A DNA stretch of 63,552 nt, filler included, from Octopus bimaculoides (Eukaryota): assembly GCF_001194135.2 (NCBI RefSeq). It is 5 parts of 5 records of this genome, joined end to end, with 100 filler letters (N's around TTAATTAATTAA, not from the genome) between each part and the next. Parts side by side here need not be neighbours in the genome. Positions count along the whole stretch, not along the records: positions 18,647 to 44,847 come from NC_068989.1; positions 44,948 to 59,762 come from NC_068997.1; 3 more parts are not named here. One strand, written 5' to 3'. Under the pieces are notes generated by a model. The model had not been told where the DNA came from. It did not search any database and saw nothing but the letters and a program-made list of their open reading frames with translations. A program made the position numbers and the translations under genes. Each line of letters starts with the position of its first letter. Position 1 is the stretch's first letter. This document shows, piece by piece, positions 38,151-48,955 of the stretch.

Positions 38151-38662
38151 NAAGCAGCAGTGTTACGATAAAGCACTTGTATACTGTCAACTCAATGTGA
38201 CAGTCCCATTAAGGGAATCATACTGCTGCTATTTAGCCCTAGGAAGCTGGACCGCTTCCTGTCGGCCTTGACACATTTCCTTATTGGGACTGTCACATTG
38301 AGTTGACAGTATACAACTGCTTTATCGTAACACTGCTGCTTAATTCTCTCTGTGAGATTTATAATTAGATCATTTCTAATTTTTGTAATCAGTGAATGTG
38401 TTTTCACTAAAAATATATATATTTGCGAGGATTTGAAAAGGATCTGTTGTTATTTCAGGCTGATGACGAGCAGTGACTCAGAAACATGTCCCTGAATGCA
38501 GGCTTAGCTGGGTGGAGGTGCTTGTCTCCCCCTTGCAAATATAAGGACAGAGGAAATGTGTCAAGGCCGACAGGAAGCGGTCCGGTTTCCTAGGACTAAA
38601 TAGCAGCAGTATGATTCCCTTATTGGGAGTCACATTGAATTGACAGTATACACAACTGCTTT
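38151..38662 (+). mobile_element. Hammerhead-carrying ~339-bp unit with partial tandem and inverted copies (Penelope pLTR / retrozyme-like)
   Basis: ccttattggga...cacattga.ttgacagtatac starts at both 38279 and 38618. 38151-38282 is an inverted copy of 38551-38662 and of 38279-38342. Confidence 0.65.
38454..38496 (+). ncRNA. Minimal type I hammerhead-ribozyme-like motif
   Basis: UUCAGG-CUGAUGA-C GAG cagUGA CUC A-GAA-ACAUGU-C-CCUGAA: 6-bp helix I, palindromic helix III and a GUC cleavage triplet. The helix II closing pair is a C.A mismatch. Confidence 0.7.
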
Positions 38663-39714
38663 AAAATAGTGTTCATGATCACTATATACTTAATATCCTT
38701 AAATTTTACACCCTATCCAGAGCCCCTGAATTCAATATTGACATTATTTCATGATTTTTGTGGAAGATAATTACATCTCATTTTATTTTATTAACATACC
38801 TCTTATTGTGTAAACATTAGTTAGAGTTCTGTTGTTGTCCGTACCACTGTACTGTTACTCTATTCAGACTAAAAGTAAAAAACCTATTTGACCCATATAC
38901 CTAGGGCTATAATTCCTCAACATTTTGATAGTAATAAAATGACCTGATACTACTATGACCAGTGAAACCTCTAGATTCTAATACTTTTATAGCCTTGTCC
39001 ATGCATACTGCTTACACCTTCNNNNNNNNNNNNNNNNNNNNNNNNNNNNNNNNNNNNNNNNNNNNNNNNNNNNNNNNNNNNNNNNNNNNNNNNNNNNNNN
39101 NNNNNNNNNNNNNNNNNNNNNNNNNNNNNNNNNNNNNNNNNNNNNNNNNNNNNNNNNNNNNNNNNNNNNNNNNNNNNNNNNNNNNNNNNNNNNNNNNNNN
39201 NNNNNNNNNNNNNNNNNNNNNNNNNNNNNNNNNNNNNNNNNNNNNNNNNNNNNNNNNNNNNNNNNNNNNNNNNNNNNNNNNNNNNNNNNNNNNNNNNNNN
39301 NNNNNNNNNNNNNNNNNNNNNNNNNNNNNNNNNNNNNNNNNNNNNNNNNNNNNNNNNNNNNNNNNNNNNNNNNNNNNNNNNNNNNNNNNNNNNNNNNNNN
39401 NNNNNNNNNNNNNNNNNNNNNNNNNNNNNNNNNNNNNNNNNNNNNNNNNNNNNNNNNNNNNNNNNNNNNNNNNNNNNNNNNNNNNNNNNNNNNNNNNNNN
39501 NNNNNNNNNNNNNNNNNNNNNNNNNNNNNNNNNNNNNNNNNNNNNNNNNNNNNNNNNNNNNNNNNNNNNNNNNNNNNNNNNNNNNNNNNNNNNNNNNNNN
39601 NNNNNNNNNNNNNNNNNNNNNNNNNNNNNNNNNNNNNNNNNNNNNNNNNNNNNNNNNNNNNNNNNNNNNNNNNNNNNNNNNNNNNNNNNNNNNNNNNNNN
39701 NNNNNNNNNNNNNN

Positions 39715-39745
<31 letters not shown>

Positions 39746-40341
39746 TGTATACACATCGGTGCCCCAGCTCGTAAGCTGAAACTTGATAATATATGTATGT
39801 ATGTGAAATTAAATAAATAACAATGGTAACTTCGTTTGCTTACATCTATGTCAGCTAGAAGATGCAGAGCACTCAAAGCTGAGTGCTTGTGCATCACCTT
39901 ATAGCTCTCTCGGAGCTTTTAAAATAGAATACAAGGTTATATGGGAAAGTACGTACGCACGTACATACACACATACATAGAAGGTTTATTTGGGAAGGCA
40001 TTTATACACACGTAAAATCACGGCACATTTCCATCTATCTATCCATATGGCAGGATCTACGACTGTACACTTCTGAAGTTGGGGCTTTGCACCCAAAATA
40101 TATAAGGTTTTTTGTCAACTTTTCATCTCTGTATTGTTAGAAGCTTTCCTCATTTCCCTTTTCATTAATTATTCTAGTTCAACTAAAAGTATAATTTAGT
40201 AGACTCAACTTGGATATAATATATANNNNNNNNNNNNNNNNNNNNNNNNNNNNNNNNNNNNNNNNNNNNNNNNNNNNNNNNNNNNNNNNNNNNNNNNNNN
40301 NNNNNNNNNNNNNNNNNNNNNNNNNNNNNNNNNNNNNNNNN

Positions 40342-40387
<46 letters not shown>

Positions 40388-40419
40388 GCCAAGAATGGGC
40401 AACTTTTTCAAGAAGTAGG

Positions 40420-40841
40420 CTGCCTGAGTCGTAGCTTATGATCAAGCGAGCTGCACAATGAGAAAAATTGAAAGTAATTTTTCGTTAGACGTGCCATTCA
40501 GAAAGTCCCGAGGGCCGCCGTTGGCTCATGATTGATTTTTATGTAAAATATGTAATCTTTTGTTGCTGAGCGTTTCAGGAACGGTAATTTATATGCCGGA
40601 CAATTTTCAAAATTAGACACTATTTTCCGTCAAGACCGCTTACGTCACACTGTCACGTGGTACAGACTAACTATTTTGTTGATTTCACTCTCTTGTCTCT
40701 GATGGAATCTATTTACATTTGAAGCTATGTAGTTTTTAGATATTATCAAACAACTAAATTAACTTTTATTTTTGTTGCTATCAAAACGCAAATTTCAATT
40801 ATCATTATATTGTACTTTGTGTGAATTTGTTTTAAACGATA
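40420..40841. promoter_or_regulatory. Putative MED19 promoter / 5' UTR region
   Basis: Directly upstream of the MED19 ATG and locally rich in CpG. CRE-like TTACGTCA at 40640-40647 and E-box GTCACGTG at 40652-40659. Confidence 0.5.
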
Positions 40842-41028
40842 ATGATGGCAGATCAGCTCCGTAGAGTTGAACCTGCAATATCCAGTCCGAAATCTAGTCC
40901 TCGAGGCTCCAGATCTCCTGCACATCCTCGCACAGATTCCACAGGAACACTTAAAACTACTATTAGTTTAGGGAAAGTACCGTCTGTTATTCATTCGGGG
41001 CCATTTTACCTCATGAAAGATGTACCTG
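40842..41028 (+). CDS. MED19: Mediator complex subunit 19, first coding exon
   Basis: MMADQLRRVEPAISSPKSSPRGSRSPAHPRTDSTGTLKTTISLGKVPSVIHSGPFYLMKDVP matches the invertebrate MED19 N-terminus as I recall it (SPKSSPR...DSSGTLKTTI.LGK.PSI.HSGPFYLMKE.P). Phase-1 donor G|gtaaat. Confidence 0.92.
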
Positions 41029-41166
41029 GTAAATGAATGTTTTTTTGTTTTTTTTTGGTTCTTTTTAAATATTTTCTTCAACGCTATTATTTCCATGTCT
41101 TAGTGTTATTCCAAATTGTCCCTTCTTCTTCTTCTTCTTCTTCTTCTTCTTCTTCTTCTTCTTCTA

Positions 41167-41198
<32 letters not shown>

Positions 41199-41199
<1 letters not shown>

Positions 41200-42010
41200 C
41201 GGCGAGCTGGCAGAATCGTTACTGTGTCGGGCAAAATGCTTAGCGGCATTTCATTGTGAGTTCAAATGCCATCGGGTTCGATAAAATAAGTACCAGTTAA
41301 GCACTGGGATCGATGTAGTTGACATATCCCTTCCTGCAAAATTGCTGGCCTTGTGCCAAAAACTGATATTATTATTATTAAAGTGGCGAGGTGGCAGAAT
41401 CGTTAGCATGCCGGACAAAATGCTTTGCAGCATTTCATCCGTCTTTACGTTCTCATTTCAAATGTCACCGAGATCGACTTTGCCTTTAATCCTTTCGGGG
41501 TCGATAAAATAAGTACCAGTTGAGCACTGGGGTCGATATAATCGATGTAACCCTTCCCACGAACTTGCCTTATGCCAAAATTTGAAACCATTATTATTGA
41601 ATCGTTAGCACACCGGGCAAAAGTCTTTGCAAAATTTTGTCCGGTGCTACGTTCTGAGTTCAAATTCTGCCGAGCTCGACTTTGCCTTTTATCCTTTCGG
41701 GGTCGTAAATTAAGTACCAGTGAAGTGAAACACTGGGGTCGGTNNNNNNNNNNNNNNNNNNNNNNNNNNNNNNNNNNNNNNNNNNNNNNNNNNNNNNNNN
41801 NNNNNNNNNNNNNNNNNNNNNNNNNNNNNNNNNNNNNNNNNNNNNNNNNNNNNNGGATTATTATTAAGGCGTCGAGCTGGCAGAATTGTTAGCAACGCAG
41901 ACAAAATGCTTAACTGCATTTCTTTCGACTCTTTGAGTTCAAATGTCGCTTAAGTGGACTTAGCCTTTTATCCTTTCAAAAACTGCTGGCTCTTTCCCAA
42001 AATTTGAACA
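41199..42010 (+). mobile_element. Head-to-tail array of four SINE-A copies separated by (TTA)n
   Basis: Heads at about 41200, 41385, 41600 and 41867, each preceded by ttattatta. Confidence 0.88.
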
Positions 42011-42268
42011 TATTATTATTATTATTATTATTATTACAATGATAATAATGACAGACGTCTGTGTGTCTTTTTGTTTTTAATTTTGCTGTGAAGTTAACTG
42101 TTAGAAAAATAGACTTTTTCTCGTCGATTCAACTTTTGTCAAAATGTATCATGACATGTCAACATCCGTTATCTTATCTTCAGTACAAAACGCAGGAACC
42201 ACATAGAAACATGCTGGAATACTCGAATATCTATAAAAATTATAAATAATAAAATATACCATAAAACG

Positions 42269-42349
42269 GTAATTAAGACAGTTTAACTTGTCTTAGTAAT
42301 CAATGAGAGAACTTTTAATTACCAAGACAAGCTAAACTATCTTAATTAC
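42269..42349. repeat. 32-bp inverted repeat with a 17-nt spacer
   Basis: gtaattaagacagtttaacttgtcttagtaat / attaccaagacaagctaaactatcttaattac, with 3 transition mismatches. Confidence 0.85.
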
Positions 42350-42920
42350 AAACGTAAGAAAAAAAAGTAATATTGTCTTTGAAATGTCATTTACCGTTTC
42401 TAATAAATTACATTGGTTGTGTAGTCGAATATATACAGCTGTTACCACAAACCCACATCTGCACCTGTTTTCATAAACAAATATAGCAATGTAGAAGCTT
42501 AATGCTTCACAAATATTTACCCTAACACTTTCTGTGGAACTTTAAGCCGTACAAAAGTGGTTGCTGAACCTACTAGAAATAGGAGCTAAATCTTCCTCAG
42601 GCAACATCAAATCTTATTAAAGAACATATTGCATATTATATATGTGAGTGTGTTTATGTATGTGTGACAGGCTTCTTTCAGTTTCTGTTTACCAAATATA
42701 CTGACAAGGTTTGGTCAGCCTGGGGCTATAATAGAAAATACTTGCTCAATGTACCATGCACTGGGACTGAACCCAAACCCATGTGGTTGGGAAGCAAATT
42801 TCCTATCCACATGGTTTCAAGTTTAGTTTTACTGTGCAGCACTTTGGGCAGGGACCTTTTACTATACCTTTGTGATTAGATTTGGTAGATGGAAACCGAA
42901 ATCTCTTGTGTATCCGTTTA

Positions 42921-44445
42921 TTCTTTTCAGTCATTTGACTGCCTTTAGTTGAACAAATCGACCCCAGGACTTATTCCGTGTAAGCTTATTACTTACTGTA
43001 TCGGTCTCTTTTGTTGAACCACTAAGTTTCGGGGTGTAAACACACCAACATTGTTTGTCAAGTGATCATGGGGTACAAACACAGACACACAAACATATAT
43101 CTATCAGGTCATCCCGTAAGTTCTGTCCGAATTTTGAATGAATTAAACAAGTGATCAAATGTTATATTTAATTGAAATTTAATCATCAATGTACTTTCCC
43201 TGATTATCTATGACTTCCTTCCATCTATTTACAAGCTTTTTAATCTTATCAATGTAAAACTCTTTTGGTTTCAAAGCGAATAACTCTGAAATGTCAGTTT
43301 TGACCTCCTCCTGGCTTGCGAAAGTTATGTCTCCCAAATGATTCTGTAAACTATGAAACAAATGGTAGTCTGAAGGAGCAAGGTTGGGAGAATAAGGTGG
43401 ATTAGGAATTTTTTCCCAACCAAACTCTTCGATCTTCTGTGATGTGATGTTTGCAGTGTGGGATTGTGCATTGTCCTTTTTGATTCACTAAAGCGGATCT
43501 TTTTCCCTTCAAAGCTTGGTTCAAATGCTCTAATTTACTGACAGTAGACTTGAGCATTGATTGTTGCATTAGGTGGTAACAATTCAAAGTGAATTACTCC
43601 TTTGCAATCCTACCAGATAGAGAGAAAAACATTTTTCTCATGAAGTTCCCTTCTTGGTTGTGGTTGAGCTTTTTCCCTTTTACCAAGCCACTGTTTACAA
43701 TGTTTAACATTTGATAGAAGATCCATTTTTCATCATCAGTCACAAGTCTATCGAAAAAGGGTGAAATGAGTTCAAGAGAATGGTGAAAAGAGCAGATGTC
43801 AACTCGGTATTTGCGGTTGCTTTCGGACAATTCATGAGGCACCCATTTTCCAAGTTTAGGAATCTTTCCAAGTTGTTGAAGATGACTATGAACAGTTGTA
43901 TAGTTTGAACTAAGCTATGTTGCCAATTCTTCAACTGATAATGCAAGATTTTCTTAAAGTAATGCCTCAAGGAGCTTATCATCAAACTCAACTGGACGTC
44001 TTGTTCGATCTTCATCTTCAACGCTGAAATCTCCACTTCTGAATTTTGCAAGCCATCTTCTGCAAGTTCTTTCATTCAAGCATTCTTTCCCATAAACTGA
44101 GTGTATGTTTCGAGTCACTTCGGTTGCAGAGTTTCTTTTTCTGTACTCATAAAGCATTATGTACCTCAAATGCTCTTTGGATACTCCCATGTTAGATAGG
44201 GTTTTAATCAAAGAAATTTTAATTCTATTATTCTGTAAAATAATATTTAATTAGTTTAAATGTAGACAAATGCATAAAAATAATTTTTAATTCCATTAGA
44301 CATTCTAAAATACTATTAAATTTCAATCAGTTTTAAAAAAGGTAAAATCAGACAGGACTTATGGGATGACCTATATATATATATATGTATATATATACGA
44401 CCGGCTTCTTTCAGTTTCCGTCTACCAAATCCGCTCACAAGGCAT
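42921..44445 (-). mobile_element. Composite SINE split by a mariner insertion (tail 42921-43101, head remnant 44374-44445)
   Basis: Tail B and its microsatellite lie to the left; (TA)n and cgaccggcttctttcagtttccgtctaccaaatcc lie to the right. Confidence 0.8.
43104..44373 (-). mobile_element. Near full-length mariner (DD34D-type) element with a disrupted transposase
   Basis: TIRs caggtcatcccgtaagttctgtccga / tcagacaggacttatgggatgaccta with TA flanks. Motifs RRWLAKFRSGDFS, WVPHEL, VTDDEKW and YSPNLAPSDYHLF, with frameshifts. Confidence 0.95.
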
Positions 44446-44580
44446 CCACAAGGTCTGGGTACACGGAGTAAATAAAATCATCACATAAACAATTAAATAT
44501 AAGAAATAATACTTTTTTAAAGTATGTGTTACTCCCCATATAGGTACATGGAGCAAATAAAATCATAACATTAACAATTC

Positions 44581-44847
44581 ATCATCATCATCATCATCAT
44601 CGTTTAACGTCCGCTTTCCATGCTAGCATGGGTTGGACGATTTGACTGAGGACTGGTGAAACCGGATGGCAACACCAGGCTCCAGTCTGATTTGGCAGAG
44701 TTTCTACAGCTGGATGCCCTTCCTAACGCCAACCACTCAGAGAGTGTAGTGGGTGCTTTTACGTGTCACCCGCACGAAAACGGCCACGCTCGAAATGGTG
44801 TCTTTTATGTGCCACCCGCACAAGCCAGTCCAGGGGCACTGGCAACG
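44581..44847 (-). mobile_element. SINE/LINE 3' end (family E) with a (GAT)n tail
   Basis: (cat)n cgtttaacgtccgctttccatgc...ggatgcccttcctaacgccaacc, an RTE-like terminal motif, truncated by a gap. Confidence 0.75.
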
Positions 44848-44947
44848 NNNNNNNNNNNNNNNNNNNNNNNNNNNNNNNNNNNNNNNNNNNNTTAATTAAT
44901 TAANNNNNNNNNNNNNNNNNNNNNNNNNNNNNNNNNNNNNNNNNNNN

Positions 44948-45009
<62 letters not shown>

Positions 45010-45964
45010 ATTTTCCCTATTCAGTTGGCTGCGGTGCTTTGAATTGCAAACAAAGCTATTTCTTTAGTGAGAAAGTTTTAAGGCAATTTTGCTGCCATTA
45101 CGATGTAGGTATGGTATTTGTTATTGCTCAAAGAAAGAACGTACATGGATATTTAGTCGTAAAATGTCCACGACTGCAACAACATCAACAACAATATTAA
45201 CAATAGCAACATAAACAACAACAACAACAACAACAACAGCAACAACAGCTAAACAAAAACAACGACGAAAACATCAAATAATAATAATAATAATAAAACA
45301 ATAATATTAATAATGATGATGGCATCNNNNNNNNNNNNNNNNNNNNNNNNNNNNNNNNNNNNNNNNNNNNNNNNNNNNNNNNNNNNNNNNNNNNNNNNNN
45401 NNNNNNNNNNNNNNNNNNNNNNNNNNNNNNNNNNNNNNNNNNNNNNNNNNNNNNNNNNNNNNNNNNNNNNNNNNNNNNNNNNNNNNNNNNNNNNNNNNNN
45501 NNNNNNNNNNNNNNNNNNNNNNNNNNNNNNNNNNNNNNNNNNNNNNNNNNNNNNNNNNNNNNNNNNNNNNNNNNNNNNNNNNNNNNNNNNNNNNNNNNNN
45601 NNNNNNNNNNNNNNNNNNNNNNNNNNNNNNNNNNNNNNNNNNNNNNNNNNNNNNNNNNNNNNNNNNNNNNNNNNNNNNNNNNNNNNNNNNNNNNNNNNNN
45701 NNNNNNNNNNNNNNNNNNNNNNNNNNNNNNNNNNNNNNNNNNNNNNNNNNNNNNNNNNNNNNNNNNNNGCATGTGTGTGCACATGCATACATTTATATAT
45801 GTGTACTGGCGTTTATGAGCATATTTACAAAGGAGGTAGATGAAATATGTATTCGTACGTGAATGTATGTGTGTGTAACATAACAGAGATGGAAATTACA
45901 TAAAGCATGTGTTCGTTGGCTCACGTAATTTTTTCTCATTAAATATACGTATAGTCGTATACAA

Positions 45965-46004
<40 letters not shown>

Positions 46005-46169
46005 ATATGTATATAAGGCTGTATGTTTATGTATGCGTATGTGAATGTATATAAGCGTATAAGCATGTATGTCATGTATATATAATTTTATTACATTATA
46101 CAAACATATATACGTATATATGGATATTTACGTAACGAAACACAAATAGTTCATACATACATGTATGTA

Positions 46170-46209
<40 letters not shown>

Positions 46210-46676
46210 TATAGGTATAGTTATAGATATAGCTATATAAATTTATATATACATACATATAAGTGTGTGTGTGCTTTTATATATATTTATATATATACAT
46301 ACATATGGATATGCTATTTTTAATTTGCTTTTCATATTATTTTGCGTTATTGCTATTTTATTTGTTTATTTGCTAATAATATTATTATTGTTGCTATAAC
46401 TGGTGTTATTGCAGCGGTTGATGTTGTTGTTCTTATTGATGTTGTTATTGCTGCTGCTGTGGTTATTGTGGTTGTTGTTGTTGTTCTTGTTGCGGCTGTT
46501 TTGTTCGCTGTACGTTTGTTAATCGTAAAAATGAAACTTTAAAAAGGAAGTAGACTGTTACGATGTATTTTTAATTGTGTCTACCATTATTGGCCTTAAG
46601 ATCTGGTCTCTATGACATAGCAGATGAATTATATACGTATATCAAACACACATACACATGAACATATATACACAAA

Positions 46677-46726
<50 letters not shown>

Positions 46727-47588
46727 NNNNNNNNNNNNNNNNNNNNNNNNNNNNNNNNNNNNNNNNNNNNNNNNNNNNNNNNNNNNNNNNNNNNNNNNNN
46801 NNNNNNNNNNNNNNNNNNNNNNNNNNNNNNNNNNNNNNNNNNNNNNNNNNNNNNNNNNNNNNNNNNNNNNNNNNNNNNNNNNNNNNNNNNNNNNNNNNNN
46901 NNNNNNNNNNNNNNNNNNNNNNNNNNNNNNNNNNNNNNNNNNNNNNNNNNNNNNNNNNNNNNNNNNNNNNNNNNNNNNNNNNNNNNNNNNNNNNNNNNNN
47001 NNNNNNNNNNNNNNNNNNNNNNNNNNNNNNNNNNNNNNNNNNNNNNNNNNNNNNNNNNNNNNNNNNNNNNNNNNNNNNNNNNNNNNNNNNNNNNNNNNNN
47101 NNNNNNNNNNNNNNNNNNNNNNNNNNNNNNNNNNNNNNNNNNNNNNNNNNNNNNNNNNNNNNNNNNNNNNNNNNNNNNNNNNNNNNNNNNNNNNNNNNNN
47201 NNNNNNNNNNNNNNNNNNNNNNNNNNNNNNNNNNNNNNNNNNNNNNNNNNNNNNNNNNNNNNNNNNNNNNNNNNNNNNNNNNNNNNNNNNNNNNNNNNNN
47301 NNNNNNNNNNNNNNNNNNNNNNNNNNNNNNNNNNNNNNNNNNNNNNNNNNNNNNNNNNNNNNNNNNNNNNNNNNNNNNNNNNNNNNNNNNNNNNNNNNNN
47401 NNNNNNNNNNNNNAATAACTTCAGAGTAACAAGATGGGTGAAAGGGAGGTTGAGAAAATGAATTAAAAGCTTCGGGAAGTGAATGAGAAAAATCGCAAGG
47501 ATAAGATTGAGATACCAAAATGAAAGTTGGAAGTTGTGAGAGTATGTGTGTGAGTTTATTTATGTAAGAATATATATATATATGGAGA

Positions 47589-47626
<38 letters not shown>

Positions 47627-47905
47627 TAGGCTGACAGACAGACAGACGACAGACAGACACAGAGAGAGACAGAGATACATACATGCGTTATTGAAAAGAT
47701 TTGAAAATGAAGGTGAGAGGGCCGAGTAAGTATATACGTACAGGAGTGGTTTGAGGATAGAGTCATGTGAAATCAGTGATTGAGCCATAGAGAGTAGTAG
47801 TATGAGATGGAAGATCAGGACGATGTTTAAAGACAGAGGGGTAAAATGCAAGAGAAACTGAGATACGAATGAGGAAATATATCGTATATGTGTGTGAGTA
47901 GATAG

Positions 47906-48008
<103 letters not shown>

Positions 48009-48324
48009 GCGTGTGTGAGTGAGAGAGAGAAAGGGAGAAAGAGTGAAGGGTTTGAGACAGAGATGTATACCAACAGAGAAAGCGTATTAAATGAGTACGG
48101 AAGATGAAAATTAAAAACAAAAAAAGCATGATTTTAAAGGAAAGAACGGAAGGTATATTACTGTAGCAGAGAGAGAAAAAGGAAAGGATAACAAAAGGAA
48201 AAAAGAGAGGAAGAACGGGGGAGTATTTAAGAAAGTGAAAGGGAGAACTTTCTATCTGTATCCTATCTATCCATTTATCTGTCTGTTTATCGATCTATAT
48301 CTATCAATCAATCTATCTTTCTAC

Positions 48325-48361
<37 letters not shown>

Positions 48362-48909
48362 TTCAAGGCTTGAATATGGTACTTATGCGAAGGCACCCGA
48401 ATATCACATCCCAAAAGGATGGGTGATTAAAATCAAATAATAAGCAACACGGATATATATATATATATATATACAGATATATANNNNNNNNNNNNNNNNN
48501 NNNNNNNNNNNNNNNNNNNNNNNNNNNNNNNNNNNNNNNNNNNNNNNNNNNNNNNNNNNNNNNNNNNNNNNNNNNNNNNNNNNNNNNNNNNNNNNNNNNN
48601 NNNNNNNNNNNNNNNNNNNNNNNNNNNNNNNNNNNNNNNNNNNNNNNNNNNNNNNNNNNNNNNNNNNNNNNNNNNNNNNNNNNNNNNNNNNNNNNNNNNN
48701 NNNNNNNNNNNNNNNNNNNNNNNNNNNNNNNNNNNNNNNNNNNNNNNNNNNNNNNNNNNNNNNNNNNNNNNNNNNNNNNNNNNNNNNNNNNNNNNNNNNN
48801 NNNNNNNNNNNNNNNNNNNNNNNNNNNNNNNNNNNNNNNNNNNNNNNNNNNNNNNNNNNNNNNNNNNNNNNNNNNNNNNNNNNNNNNNNNNNNNNNNNNN
48901 NNNNNNNNN

Positions 48910-48955
<46 letters not shown>

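Noticed and set aside
40485-40529. Divergent 14-codon ORF MSQRRPSGLSEWHV with a good start context
   Set aside because: It is too short and has no usable donor before the stop; it may be intronic or an upstream ORF.
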